The notes: a model not told the origin generated them from the letters alone. A DNA stretch of 63,804 nt, filler included, from Octopus bimaculoides (GCF_001194135.2; 6 parts of 6 records of this genome joined end to end with filler, not necessarily neighbours in it), one strand, 5' to 3'; positions 41,430 to 54,079 are shown, counted from the first letter of the whole stretch. Numbers and translations are program-made.

Positions 41430-42281
41430 TGTTTGTTAGCCGCCAAAACCATGTAAAAAGCAAAACGTGGCGATTTTCACAGCGAGGCTGCTGCTTGTTT
41501 TGTTAGAAAGTGAAAGTAGAGTTGCTAACACGAGATGAATGAATGAATGAGTGCAGTTAGCAGGAGGAGGAAGAGAAAGTTGATGTTTACACATTATGCT
41601 GGAAAATAGTGAACAAGTGGAAGAGCACATTCTTTGCATGGTTTTTCCGCTCCCCCCTCCTACTGCTTGCTGCTTCTGTTGGCAGTAAGCAGTGGTGGTG
41701 GTGGTGGTGGTGGTTGTACTGTGAGCGTGTTTGTGACGGTTTGTAGGAATGGTGACGATGGCAGTGGCGTTGTTTGTGAATGTACTTGCGACGGTGGTAG
41801 TGGTGGTGGTAGTGGTGGCTGTGTGTTTGTAATAGTGGTGGTGGTAGTGGTGGCTGTGTGTTTGTAATAGTGGTGGTGGTGGTTGTGTTGTGTGATGGCG
41901 ATGGTTAGAATTGTAGTTAGAATTGAAGAGTTGTATGTTGCCGGCAGACGAGATAGAGGAGGAGAGAAGGAGCGATGGTAGTATGGTATGGTATGGTGGT
42001 GGTAGTGATGGAGGTGTTGTGATGCCAGCTAGAGTAATGGCGATGATGATGGTGATGATGAAACTTACAGTTGTGGCGGTAGTTCGATGCCGGTAGATGA
42101 GATGGAAGCGGTGGTGGTAGTGGTGGTGGTGGTGACGATGCAGATGCTGACAGTAGTAGTAGTAATTGCAGTAGTAGCAATTGTAGTAGTAGTAGTAGTA
42201 GTTGTTGTAGTAGTAGTAGTAGTAGTAGTAGTAGTAATGCCAGCAACAGTGATGGTGACTGGGGTGAGGTAGGGTGGTGGT
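41385..42281. repeat. Compound GTA/GTG/GGT trinucleotide array
   Basis: Seen directly in the sequence. Confidence 0.85.
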
Positions 42282-43148
42282 NNNNNNNNNNNNNNNNNNN
42301 NNNNNNNNNNNNNNNNNNNNNNNNNNNNNNNNNNNNNNNNNNNNNNNNNNNNNNNNNNNNNNNNNNNNNNNNNNNNNNNNNNNNNNNNNNNNNNNNNNNN
42401 NNNNNNNNNNNNNNNNNNNNNNNNNNNNNNNNNNNNNNNNNNNNNNNNNNNNNNNNNNNNNNNNNNNNNNNNNNNNNNNNNNNNNNNNNNNNNNNNNNNN
42501 NNNNNNNNNNNNNNNNNNNNNNNNNNNNNNNNNNNNNNNNNNNNNNNNNNNNNNNNNNNNNNNNNNNNNNNNNNNNNNNNNNNNNNNNNNNNNNNNNNNN
42601 NNNNNNNNNNNNNNNNNNNNNNNNNNNNNNNNNNNNNNNNNNNNNNNNNNNNNNNNNNNNNNNNNNNNNNNNNNNNNNNNNNNNNNNNNNNNNNNNNNNN
42701 NNNNNNNNNNNNNNNNNNNNNNNNNNNNNNNNNNNNNNNNNNNNNNNNNNNNNNNNNNNNNNNNNNNNNNNNNNNNNNNNNNNNNNNNNNNNNNNNNNNN
42801 NNNNNNNNNNNNNNNNNNNNNNNNNNNNNNNNNNNNNNNNNNNNNNNNNNNNNNNNNNNNNNNNNNNNNNNNNNNNNNNNNNNNNNNNNNNNNNNNNNNN
42901 NNNNNNNNNNNNNNNNNNNNNNNNNNNNNNNNNNNNNNNNNNNNNNNNNNNNNNNNNNNNNNNNNNNNNNNNNNNNNNNNNNNNNNNNNNNNNNNNNNNN
43001 NNNNNNNNNNNNNNNNNNNNNNNNNNNNNNNNNNNNNNNNNNNNNNNNNNNNNNNNNNNNNNNNNNNNNNNNNNNNNNNNNNNNNNNNNNNNNNNNNNNN
43101 NNNNNNNNNNNNNNNNNNNNNNNNNNNNNNNNNNNNNNNNNNNNNNNN

Positions 43149-43199
<51 letters not shown>

Positions 43200-43210
43200 G
43201 TATATGTATA

Positions 43211-43366
43211 TACGATAGGCTTCTTTCAGTTTCCGTCTGCCAAATCCACTCACAAGACTGATTATCTCGAGGCTACAGTAGAAGTCACTGCCCCAAGTTG
43301 CCACACAGTGGGGCTGAACCCGGGACCATGTGGTTGGGAAGCAAACTTCTTACCACTACGCACTCC
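43211..43366 (-). mobile_element. SINE family A, 5' half
   Basis: GGCTTCTTTCAGTTTCCGTC...CCCGGGACCATGTGGTTGG on the plus strand. Confidence 0.85.
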
Positions 43367-43732
43367 TTTCCTAATACTATGGCACTCTTCATAGCGAACA
43401 TATTATTGACGCAGCCCCTGCCCGGGCCCAAATCGAACCCCTGTGATACGCGTTCCACAATGAATGCAAACAACACAGTCAGCTGTCGAAAGTATAAACT
43501 CTTTCGGAACAGGGCCAATGCGACAACGGCAACAACAGCAACAATTAACAGGATTAAGCTCAGAACACAGTTGCGTGTTAATTATGATTAACGTTACCGA
43601 GGTGATGCTGACCCCTGCACTAAAAGAAAATACTGCAATCCACCAGAAACATAAGAGGGTCACCAGGTAGTAGGGGGGGGGGTAGGAATCGTGCACATTA
43701 ATAATAATAATAATTTTTTTCAAATTTTGGTA

Positions 43733-43925
43733 CAAGACCAACATTACGAAGGAGGGAGAAGGTCGGTTACATCGACCCCAGTGCGCAACCGGTACTTACT
43801 TTATCGACACCAAAAAGATGAAAAAGCAAAGTCGACCGCGGCGGAATTTGAACTCAGAACGTAGCGACGGGCGAAATACAGCTACGCATTTCGCCGGGCG
43901 TGCTAACGATTCTGCCAGCTCACCT
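43733..43925 (-). mobile_element. SINE family B
   Basis: CGGAATTTGAACTCAGAACGTAG...GCTAACGATTCTGCCAGCTC on the plus strand. Confidence 0.9.
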
Positions 43926-45594
43926 CCGCAGTTAATAATAATAATTTATGGCTTCTTATCTTAACTGATTGGAAGTGTTATCATGTACATTGTTTTGTCT
44001 TGGTATAAAAAGATGGGCTACAGCAAATATTCTGCTCAATACCACAGATTTCCTTGTCAGTTGTTTGACCTTAACCAGNNNNNNNNNNNNNNNNNNNNNN
44101 NNNNNNNNNNNNNNNNNNNNNNNNNNNNNNNNNNNNNNNNNNNNNNNNNNNNNNNNNNNNNNNNNNNNNNNNNNNNNNNNNNNNNNNNNNNNNNNNNNNN
44201 NNNNNNNNNNNNNNNNNNNNNNNNNNNNNNNNNNNNNNNNNNNNNNNNNNNNNNNNNNNNNNNNNNNNNNNNNNNNNNNNNNNNNNNNNNNNNNNNNNNN
44301 NNNNNNNNNNNNNNNNNNNNNNNNNNNNNNNNNNNNNNNNNNNNNNNNNNNNNNNNNNNNNNNNNNNNNNNNNNNNNNNNNNNNNNNNNNNNNNNNNNNN
44401 NNNNNNNNNNNNNNNNNNNNNNNNNNNNNNNNNNNNNNNNNNNNNNNNNNNNNNNNNNNNNNNNNNNNNNNNNNNNNNNNNNNNNNNNNNNNNNNNNNNN
44501 NNNNNNNNNNNNNNNNNNNNNNNNNNNNNNNNNNNNNNNNNNNNNNNNNNNNNNNNNNNNNNNNNNNNNNNNNNNNNNNNNNNNNNNNNNNNNNNNNNNN
44601 NNNNNNNNNNNNNNNNNNNNNNNNNNNNNNNNNNNNNNNNNNNNNNNNNNNNNNNNNNNNNNNNNNNNNNNNNNNNNNNNNNNNNNNNNNNNNNNNNNNN
44701 NNNNNNNNNNNNNNNNNNNNNNNNNNNNNNNNNNNNNNNNNNNNNNNNNNNNNNNNNNNNNNNNNNNNNNNNNNNNNNNNNNNNNNNNNNNNNNNNNNNN
44801 NNNNNNNNNNNNNNNNNNNNNNNNNNNNNNNNNNNNNNNNNNNNNNNNNNNNNNNNNNNNNNNNNNNNNNNNNNNNNNNNNNNNNNNNNNNNNNNNNNNN
44901 NNNNNNNNNNNNNNNNNNNNNNNNNNNNNNNNNNNNNNNNNNNNNNNNNNNNNNNNNNNNNNNNNNNNNNNNNNNNNNNNNNNNNNNNNNNNNNNNNNNN
45001 NNNNNNNNNNNNNNNNNNNNNNNNNNNCTGTTTCCATGAATTTCTAGCTTCCTTGAGACTGTTCAGCGATTTCATCAGATGTCTTTTGATAGATTTTGTT
45101 AAACATTTAATTTGCCATAGCTTAATTAACAAATTATTACTATATGTTGCTGTTGCTCATTGTTAATTTGACTCAACTACGAGTCCCCCGCAGATATACA
45201 CGATAAGACTGCTGCTTTAACGAGTCAGCCATCTTGTACTTGATATACCGTACTTCACAATGAAGGACACCTATCACTACTTAGAACAACAGCCACAAGA
45301 AGAAATAAAAAACGGCAGAATCGAATTGAAAACGTAAAAGAGAAAAAAATAAACATGGCTGGCGTTTACAAGAAGAAGAAGAACAACAACAAGTGTTTAT
45401 GGAAGTTTTAACAACAGCAGCAGCAACAATGACAAGACGAGCGTGGTGTTTATATGTGAACAACTCATTAACAAAGATGTTTACACTAATTGCAGAAATG
45501 TTAATGGCGGCAACAGGAAATGAAGGAACGAGAAAGAAGACGAGAAATAGCGACGGTGGCGGTGGTGTGAGAGTGTGGTGGTGGTGGTGGAGAC

Positions 45595-45625
<31 letters not shown>

Positions 45626-47057
45626 GAGAGAGAGANNNNNNNNNNNNNNNNNNNNNNNNNNNNNNNNNNNNNNNNNNNNNNNNNNNNNNNNNNNNNNNNN
45701 NNNNNNNNNNNNNNNNNNNNNNNNNNNNNNNNNNNNNNNNNNNNNNNNNNNNNNNNNNNNNNNNNNNNNNNNNNNNNNNNNNNNNNNNNNNNNNNNNNNN
45801 NNNNNNNNNNNNNNNNNNNNNNNNNNNNNNNNNNNNNNNNNNNNNNNNNNNNNNNNNNNNNNNNNNNNNNNNNNNNNNNNNNNNNNNNNNNNNNNNNNNN
45901 NNNNNNNNNNNNNNNNNNNNNNNNNNNNNNNNNNNNNNNNNNNNNNNNNNNNNNNNNNNNNNNNNNNNNNNNNNNNNNNNNNNNNNNNNNNNNNNNNNNN
46001 NNNNNNNNNNNNNNNNNNNNNNNNNNNNNNNNNNNNNNNNAGAAAGAGAGAAAAAGAGGCAAAGAGAAAAGAGGGAGATTTGAATAAAACAAGTTTTTAT
46101 AAAAGTAAAACGAACCAAGCTTTGGGTGTTTGATATAAATTGGGCGGGGGGGGGTACAGAAAGAGAGAGAGGGGGGGTCGGTAGTTGTATGTTCGTGTTT
46201 TAAGAAATGTTAAACTCTCAATTCATGATCCATTGTATTCTTAGATGGCATTTAAGATGCACCTTTTTCGAAAAAGGAAACAAGACAAGAAAAGAAATTC
46301 TCAGGAAATTGCGTCGGGTCTTTTATGCGAAGTTGGGCCTAAAATACATAATTTAAGGCTCTAAGAACTTTTTCCCTGAATAGGAGCTGCTGAAATTGGG
46401 GTGCGTCGAGTACAGCCCTGCGTCTTGAATGGCATCAAATATGTTAGTTTGTTAAAGATGAAGAAATAACGAAAGACAAATGACAGGAAGTTTACTTGCT
46501 GTTGTGTGAGTTCGTTTCTTCTCACGGGAGGCAATGTTCTCATACACAATAGAATGGACTACAAAGTTTGTTGGTGGGAAACAGGTAGAGTCGATCAAGT
46601 CGACCCCCAGGAGCTAACTGGTATTTATTTAATATTGTTGACCCTGGAAGGCACTAACAAGATTGAAATTAATAATCGTTGATGAAAGAAATTAAATTGT
46701 AATTCGCTTGAATTTGAAAATGAAAGAAGTTAAAAAACATTACAATAAGAATGTCAATGGGCGGAAATGACGATCGACTTGTGCACGTGCCATCTAAAAG
46801 AAGAGGATATGATATGACAGACATGTTAAAATTGGGCGCGCGTCTGTAATACGTACGTACACACGTATGTACGTACGCAATCCGTGACCTCTCCAGCGAC
46901 ACTTTCCCTTTTCGTGTGTGCTCTTGCTCTGCTCAATCCAGAGAATGGATTTTCCCGGACAATGGACATGAGTTCGAATAAGGACAGTGATAAACGAGTA
47001 AAGAACGAATATATAGTGCGTCTGTTTATTTGGCAAAAAAAAAAGAAAAAAAATGAG

Positions 47058-47415
47058 CTGAGTGGCTATGTGGTAAGAAGCTTAACTTCTCAACCACATG
47101 GTTCCAGGTTCAGTCCCACTGCGTGACACCTTCGGCAAGAGTCTTCTACTATAGCCTAGGGCCGACCAAAGCCTTGAGTGGATTTGGTAGATGGAAACTG
47201 AAAGAAGCCCATCCTATATATATATATATATATATATATNNNNNNNNNNTCTTTTTGTGTGAGTGTGTCTGTGTTTGTCCCCCCACCCCACCATCGCTTG
47301 ACAACTGATGTTGGTGTGTTTACGTCCCCGTCACATAGCGGTTCGGCAAAAAGAGACCGATACAATAAGTCCTAGGCTTACAAAGAATAAGTCCTGGGGT
47401 CGATTTCTTCGACTA
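47058..47415 (+). mobile_element. SINE family A
   Basis: Head, core, internal (TA)n with a small gap, and part of the tail. Confidence 0.9.
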
Positions 47416-47643
47416 ATCCCGAAATATAACAAAATCTGTCTCAACACAACACGTCAGCGATCTTGCAACACAAAGTCATAAAGGCGTATGTTTATATACG
47501 ACATTGTATATATATATGTATACATACTTACATACATACACATACGTACATACATACACCCTTAGACAATGTTGCATCGGGATACATGTTTTGAAGGAGA
47601 AGGTCGTCAGACTATGTGACGTTCTCTGATACTTTCTATCAAC

Positions 47644-47733
47644 CCGGACAAGACTGGATACAGCTGCAAGTAACGTACACACACACACACACAATTGCAT
47701 ATATTACTTGCAGCTGTATCCAGTCTTGTCCGG
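47644..47733. repeat. Perfect 30-bp inverted repeat with a 30-nt (CA)n-containing loop
   Basis: CCGGACAAGACTGGATACAGCTGCAAGTAA (47644-47673) is the exact reverse complement of 47704-47733. Confidence 0.97.
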
Positions 47734-48189
47734 AAGAGGTACAATGTAAGAGCGCCCCTTTGATGCAAGTCTGATGAAGTGCCACTTAAAAAGTCTAAAA
47801 CTGTAAACATTACGTAAACTGAAATTGCACGCAGAGTTGGTACAGAAACAATTGTAACGAATCAATATGTGTTAGAGGATTTCTTTGTCTTATCATTTCA
47901 ATTATGTGTGGGTGGTGGGTGGGGTGGTGAAGGCGTCTCGTTCAGTGGTGGAGTTACAAGCTCAGTCACTTATAAGACGTGGGTTAAGGTCCAGCCTTAT
48001 GAGGAGCCCTAGCGGGTGGGGTCATGAAAAGACCTAAATCTGATCCTTAAGTTATGAAACCAGAAAAGACTCGGTCCAGGTGCTTGGTATGTTATATAAG
48101 CGATGGGAGCCACGGAAGATCAGCAGAGATTTGTATATTTGGGGTTTTTTAATTGTATGTTGCTAATGAGTAGGGAAGGAGGGCATAGG

Positions 48190-48231
<42 letters not shown>

Positions 48232-48748
48232 TGAAGTAGGTTAGGTAGAGGTGAGCCCCCCCCCCCATTGGAGGATGTGTGTTCTGGGTCTGTCTGTTTG
48301 TAGAGTGAGTGCAAGTATGGAATGAGGTTGTTTATGTTGGTCGGGGATGACGCCTGTGTGTGAGGGACAGAGAGGTGGAGGCGGAGAGGCGTGTGTGTGT
48401 GTGTGTGTGTGGTGGTGGTGGGGGGTAGTTAGTAATAACAACAAATACATTGATGTGCGAAAGGAAAGAGAGATGGAGATCTAATGAAGCCTTGGGGAGA
48501 AGGAAGACAGAGAGAGAGAAAGAGGAAAGTAGGGAGAAGGAAAGAAAGTGGATAAATATAGCGCAATGGGAGAGAAAGAAGAAGAGAAAGAAGGTTGTAT
48601 GGAGGGAAGAGGGTAGAGGGTAGAGGGTGGGATGAAGAGGGAGAAGAAGAGAGGGACAGGTATGACGTAATTACCCAAGTGTGTGTGTGTGTGTGTGCAT
48701 ATAGATATGTATAAATACATTCAAGCATACTTACACACACACACAGAC

Positions 48749-48793
<45 letters not shown>

Positions 48794-48999
48794 TACAAAG
48801 ATACATACATCCACATATATACATATTCGTATTAATAATCCTATTAAACCTGAATTGTAAAAGCGAAGCAGCGTTTCCCCGCAGAGAAAAATAAAAAAAA
48901 CCAACAGAAGCGACTCCCTCGCTCAGGTTTGCCTCGTAGTCAAATAAAACCGTCATTAGGTTAATTAATGAAGTGGGAGGAAGAGAGAGGTGAAATCTA

Positions 49000-49960
49000 A
49001 TCTGATGGAGATCTAATTGAAAGGAACATTGGAAAATCCTACTTAAGATTACAACAATAGACAAGTTTACTGAGAAGGTTGTATGGATATGGATAATTGA
49101 AACAATAAACGTAGATTATGGAGGGAATAAGCCAGCAGGATTAGGAAAAAGAGTTCCAAACGTTGTAGGATACCCGTATGAATTCAGGCAAGAAGAAGCC
49201 ATAGAGAGAATAAGCCTCAGTAAAAGGCTAACTTGGAATAAAGGGTTCTAAATGTTGCAGGGTGTCTCCATGTATTCTTGGAGGAAAAGAAAAACTCACC
49301 ACGTAACTTGTATGCAAAAGACAGAAGGTGCCATCTGAGCCAAAATGTTGGCTGAGTAAAGCCACAATTGAAGACATTACTCACATTTTAATGAACTGAG
49401 AGAATGTCGTCTGGATGTTACCCTCACCTAAGGACGTGGTAATCAGAACAATCTGGAAGAGACTAGGAAAGGATAAGTGACAAAATGACAACAAAGATGA
49501 ACGTATTGAGATCGATGGATGAAATCAATAATGATGGAAATGAAACCTGTTCCGTTGTGGAAGACAACTGTTCCTTTGAATATGGATAAAGAAGGAAGGA
49601 GATTTCTTTGGATTATTGATGACGAGTTCTCATAATCCGTACCTTAAACACATGTTAGGTTTCCTACCCGTTATTACTGAAGCTGTAGGATATGTAACAA
49701 GCCTCAAAGTATAGCTGAACTCAAAGAAGAAAAGAAAACACAGCTCTATAATTCTAATGCTACAGGTTATTGCGATAAGTGGGAGAATAAAAATCTGCAC
49801 TACCTCACTAAAATCTAAAGGGTGAATGGTTGCTCAAAGGATGACGAAGGAAAGAAGACTGCGTTCTAAAACTCTACATATCTTTTCTTTAACAACCCTG
49901 GCCCTGTCCAAAATGAGCACGCAAACTCCACTCGGCTAGGCATTCGATTCCCTCCTCACG
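49000..49960 (-). mobile_element. Highly decayed LINE RT remnant (CR1/Jockey-like)
   Basis: Only faint frameshifted echoes of the NYRPI, YGFR and WNS motifs. Confidence 0.35.
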
Positions 49961-50271
49961 TTCTCCATGATGTCTCTCTCGTTTGTGGGGGCCTGTCCAT
50001 TAATGTCTTTCTCCATACAGCATCGGCCATCTTGTCTCCCTGCAGACGACTTTCTTGCAGCCGACCACTTGCAGCTGTTCAACAGTTCAATAGAGAAGAA
50101 GAAGAAGAAGAAGAAGAAGAAGAAGAAGAAGAAGAAGAAGAAGAAGAAGAAGAAGAAGAAGAAGAAGAAGANNNNNNNNNNNNNNNNNNNNNNNNNNNNN
50201 NNNNNNNNNNNNNNNTTAATTAATTAANNNNNNNNNNNNNNNNNNNNNNNNNNNNNNNNNNNNNNNNNNNN

Positions 50272-51151
50272 TTCTAGAATTGGATTGTTTAATCATGCTA
50301 GACTTTTCAGGACTAGGATCTTTATTTTTTATATTTATTACTAGGTTGTATTCCCCTAGGTATGGAGTGAATATCAAATGGCTTATTTATATCTATGTTT
50401 ACCAATACAGGGTTTGTACTAGTAGTTTTAGAGATAGAGTTAGGAGATATATTTGCCAATTTTCTTTGAAGTTAGGTATGTAGGAAATTTGCTCATTAAA
50501 ACCATTTAGTTTCAAGGCGTTATTATAAACCGAAGCATGCTGATTAAAGATCTCCTCATTGGGAGATAAATTTGAAATTCTAATGGAAATAGCTGTAATA
50601 ATCATGTTGATAGTTAACTTAGAATGATTAGAGGAAACGTTAATATATTGCAGGGATTGATTGGGTCTTCGACATGGGTAGTATAATTCAATATTAAGGA
50701 CTATCAAAAGTAATTCCTAAGGCCTTTTTTATCCTTTCTACAGCCTGTTAGATAGGCCATAGGTAGCAAGGAGTGCATCGTTCCTATAAAGACCTCCGGA
50801 TACGTTTGGAAAGCTATTTTTAATTTGGGAGAGGAGATACAGTCCCACCAAATCCGTCACCTGTGCTGAATCGGACGAACCCATAGTTATATCAAAACAG
50901 TACGTAGACTCCGATCTTATCCAGTTACGTTCTTTCAAGTTAATAAGGATCTTTCTGATTGCCAAAATTATGTCAATATCTGACCTAGAGATATCAGTAA
51001 AGTTGCGGGCAAAAATTAAGGCTTTGTTTAAAAGAATAAGAGAAATAGAGGCGTAATAATTAGAAATATCAAACTGAATAAAATGGATATGTTGCTTATC
51101 TTCGAGGGAATCGAACCAAGTGATTAATCGCTTATTTTTAACGAGGCCCAA
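50272..51151 (-). mobile_element. Penelope-like element, reverse transcriptase portion
   Basis: FIQFDISNYYASI, FDITMGSSDSAQVTDLVGLYLL, GLYRNDAL, then RISNLSPNEEIFNQHASVYNNALKLNGF. Confidence 0.9.
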
Positions 51152-51154
51152 ATC

Positions 51155-51640
51155 AGACTTAGTTGGGCAAATTAAAAAAAAAACATGTAGCTGTAGAATA
51201 CCCGAATCATGTCCACTTGGCGGTTCATGTCTTAGGAAAAATGTGGTATATAAATGTACAGTAAAAGAAGATAACCCCCCCCCCCCAAAAAAAAAAAACT
51301 GAGGTATACATAGGAAGCACTGTTTAAGATTTTAAGAGGAGATACAGAGCCCATTTAAATTCCTTTTCTAATGTTAAGCATAAAAACTCAATGACTCTCG
51401 CCTCATATATACACCACCTAAGAGATAGCAACACTGATTATACTTTATCCTGGTCCATAATTATGGAGGACCGCCTAATTATAGTGCTAGTTTGAATAGA
51501 TGCAGGTTATGTATAAGGGAATCATATATCATCCTTAGATCATACAGTTCAAACGCATTAAATACATTTTCTGATGCGATTCCCTCATGTAGTCATAAAT
51601 TCCATTTCACTTTTTGGAAAATTTATAGAACCAATCATAC
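51155..51640 (+). mobile_element. Penelope-like element, GIY-YIG endonuclease portion (opposite strand to the RT)
   Basis: CSCRIPESCPLGGSCLRKNVVYKC, EVYIGST..FKRRYRAH, NRCRLCIRE, and the LN...CSH end. Confidence 0.9.
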
Positions 51641-51837
51641 TTGAAGGAGTGCCTGTAATTTGAAACCTTTTAGCTTTTAGTATTGCGAATATGCCATTCT
51701 GCTACGCATAATTAGACCTAAGTCTCAATAGGCTAATATTCTTGTCCCATCCATTCCATGTTCTCCATTCTCTCATTTGCATGTGTAAGAATGAATTTTA
51801 TATAAACCTATATCCATATATAATAATAATAATAATG

Positions 51838-51891
<54 letters not shown>

Positions 51892-51983
51892 TGGAATTAG
51901 GCAAAAGAACCGGTGGAAGATTTGAAGGAAGCGGTCTTTTAACGAAGATAATTTTAAAAAATGAAATTTTACTGCCATACAAA

Positions 51984-53011
51984 TAATAACAAGTAACTGT
52001 AGAATATGTGGAGATCGACAAGAAACAATAAATCATATTATCTCTGGCTGCCCAGTCCAGGCTAAGAAGGAATATATTCACAGACACGACAGAGCTGGGA
52101 CCTATATACACTGGAAGCTATGCCAACACTATGGAATAACAACAGAAAAAAGATGGTATAAACACACGCCAGAAAAGGTCACAGAAAACGAGAAAGCAAC
52201 CATACTCTGGGATATGCCAATACACACAGATAGAGAAATTAAGGCAAATAGACCAGATATAGTTGTCAAAGTTCATGAAGAAAAAAAATGCTTTCTAATT
52301 GATGTATCAATACCAGCAGATGACAACGTTTCTCTAAANNNNNNNNNNNNNNNNNNNNNNNNNNNNNNNNNNNNNNNNNNNNNNNNNNNNNNNNNNNNNN
52401 NNNNNNNNNNNNNNNNNNNNNNNNNNNNNNNNNNNNNNNNNNNNNNNNNNNNNNNNNNNNNNNNNNNNNNNNNNNNNNNNNNNNNNNNNNNNNNNNNNNN
52501 NNNNNNNNNNNNNNNNNNNNNNNNNNNNNNNNNNNNNNNNNNNNNNNNNNNNNNNNNNNNNNNNNNNNNNNNNNNNNNNNNNNNNNNNNNNNNNNNNNNN
52601 NNNNNNNNNNNNNNNNNNNNNNNNNNNNNNNNNNNNNNNNNNNNNNNNNNNNNNNNNNNNNNNNNNNNNNNNNNNNNNNNNNNNNNNNNNNNNNNNNNNN
52701 NNNNNNNNNNNNNNNNNNNNNNNNNNNNNNNNNNNNNNNNNNNNNNNNNNNNNNNNNNNNNNNNNNNNNNNNNNNNNNNNNNNNNNNNNNNNNNNNNNNN
52801 NNNNNNNNNNNNNNNNNNNNNNNNNNNNNNNNNNNNNNNNNNNNNNNNNNNNNNNNNNNNNNNNNNNNNNNNNNNNNNNNNNNNNNNNNNNNNNNNNNNN
52901 NNNNNNNNNNNNNNNNNNNNNNNNNNNNNNNNNNNNNNNNNNNNNNNNNNNNNNNNNNNNNNNNNNNNNNNNNNNNNNNNNNNNAATAATAATAATAATA
53001 ATAATAATAAT
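51984..53011 (+). mobile_element. 5'-truncated RLE-type (R4/Dong-like) LINE with a gap and (AAT)n end
   Basis: Zinc knuckle CRICG..QETINHIISGC, RHD, ILWDMPIHTD...RPDIVV...FLIDVSIP (PD-(D/E)xK nuclease); (AAT)9 follows the gap. Confidence 0.9.
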
Positions 53012-53577
53012 AGCACCGGGCTGAATAACAACATGGATGTGCTACATCGGGCTCCCTATACAAAAACAAATCTAATCCAATAACATCGATGGTATTAGGC
53101 AAAAGAACCGGTGGAAGATTTGAAGGAAGCGGTCTTTTAACGAAGATAATTTTAAAAAATGAAATTTTACTGCCATACAAAGCACAGGTTCTCCTATGCA
53201 CGATGTCTCAGTGAAACACGTGCGATCACACGCGCAAAATCAACACCGGGAAGTTTACAAACTATAAAAAAGAAATGGAACAAAATAGTAAGTACATATA
53301 TTGAATAATTACGCACACACTCGAACGTCTACACAATGATATATACGTTTTGATACCCATAGAACTACACATGCATCTTAATGTTTACACAGCTACGTGA
53401 AATTCACAGGACACACTCAAGCATACGAAAACACGAATCACAAACGAAGCAAAAACAAAACTCTTTTCTTTTTTTTTCTTCTTTATTTATTTTCATTATG
53501 TGAACAAACACAGACAGAGTGAACCATTCATAAGTTTAAAACGCCACACAAAAAAGACAACAACAAAAAAATACACT

Positions 53578-54079
53578 ATGTCCGGAGATAAATCTATCAA
53601 CAAAAAAAATACAGACGAATACCGATCTGCTAGCCTTAAGAAACTACGCTACGAGCAATGTTTACATGCTGAGAACTCGGTGACGGTGTTGTCTCAAAAA
53701 ATTGACCCTAGACAGACAACTCCGTCTCCTAATGTCAACGCTAAAGCTCGTCATGCCTCAGTGATAACAAAACAGATTACAAACCAGATTGGTCGTCGAC
53801 CGAATCACAAAGGGCCACGTACTCGATATAGATCAGTTAGCCTTAAGAAGCTATGTCACGAGAGCTCGGAGACGGTGTTGTCTCAAAAAATTAACCCTAA
53901 ACAGACAGATCCGTCCCCTAGCGTCGACGTCGAAGCTTGTTATGCCTCACTGTTAACAAAACAAAATACAAACCGGAATGGTCATCGACCGGGTTATAAA
54001 GGACCACGTACTCGAATGATGAACCAGATTCTGCTACTGGTTCAAATCTTCCCGACACACAGGAGCTGGAAGTACCCCA
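53578..54079 (+). other. Open frame of more than 165 codons containing two diverged tandem units (69 and 63 aa); function unknown
   Basis: Units 53620-53826 and 53827-54015 are both open and differ by an 18-nt in-frame indel; the frame runs into a gap. Confidence 0.5.

Noticed and set aside
43480-43575. Transmembrane-like stretch VLSLILLIVAVVAVVALALFRK on the minus strand
   Set aside because: It comes from a (GTT)n-like tract, has no good splice sites, and runs into an RT-like remnant (GPGRGCVNNMF).
7451-46133. Long ORFs rich in X, YI/CV/HT dipeptides or poly-H/M/V/E/R
   Set aside because: These are translations of N gaps and di- or trinucleotide microsatellites.
47770-47810. CTGATGA cores here and near 6510, 7070 and 40960 as possible hammerheads
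   Set aside because: No stem II followed by GAAA in the correct geometry.
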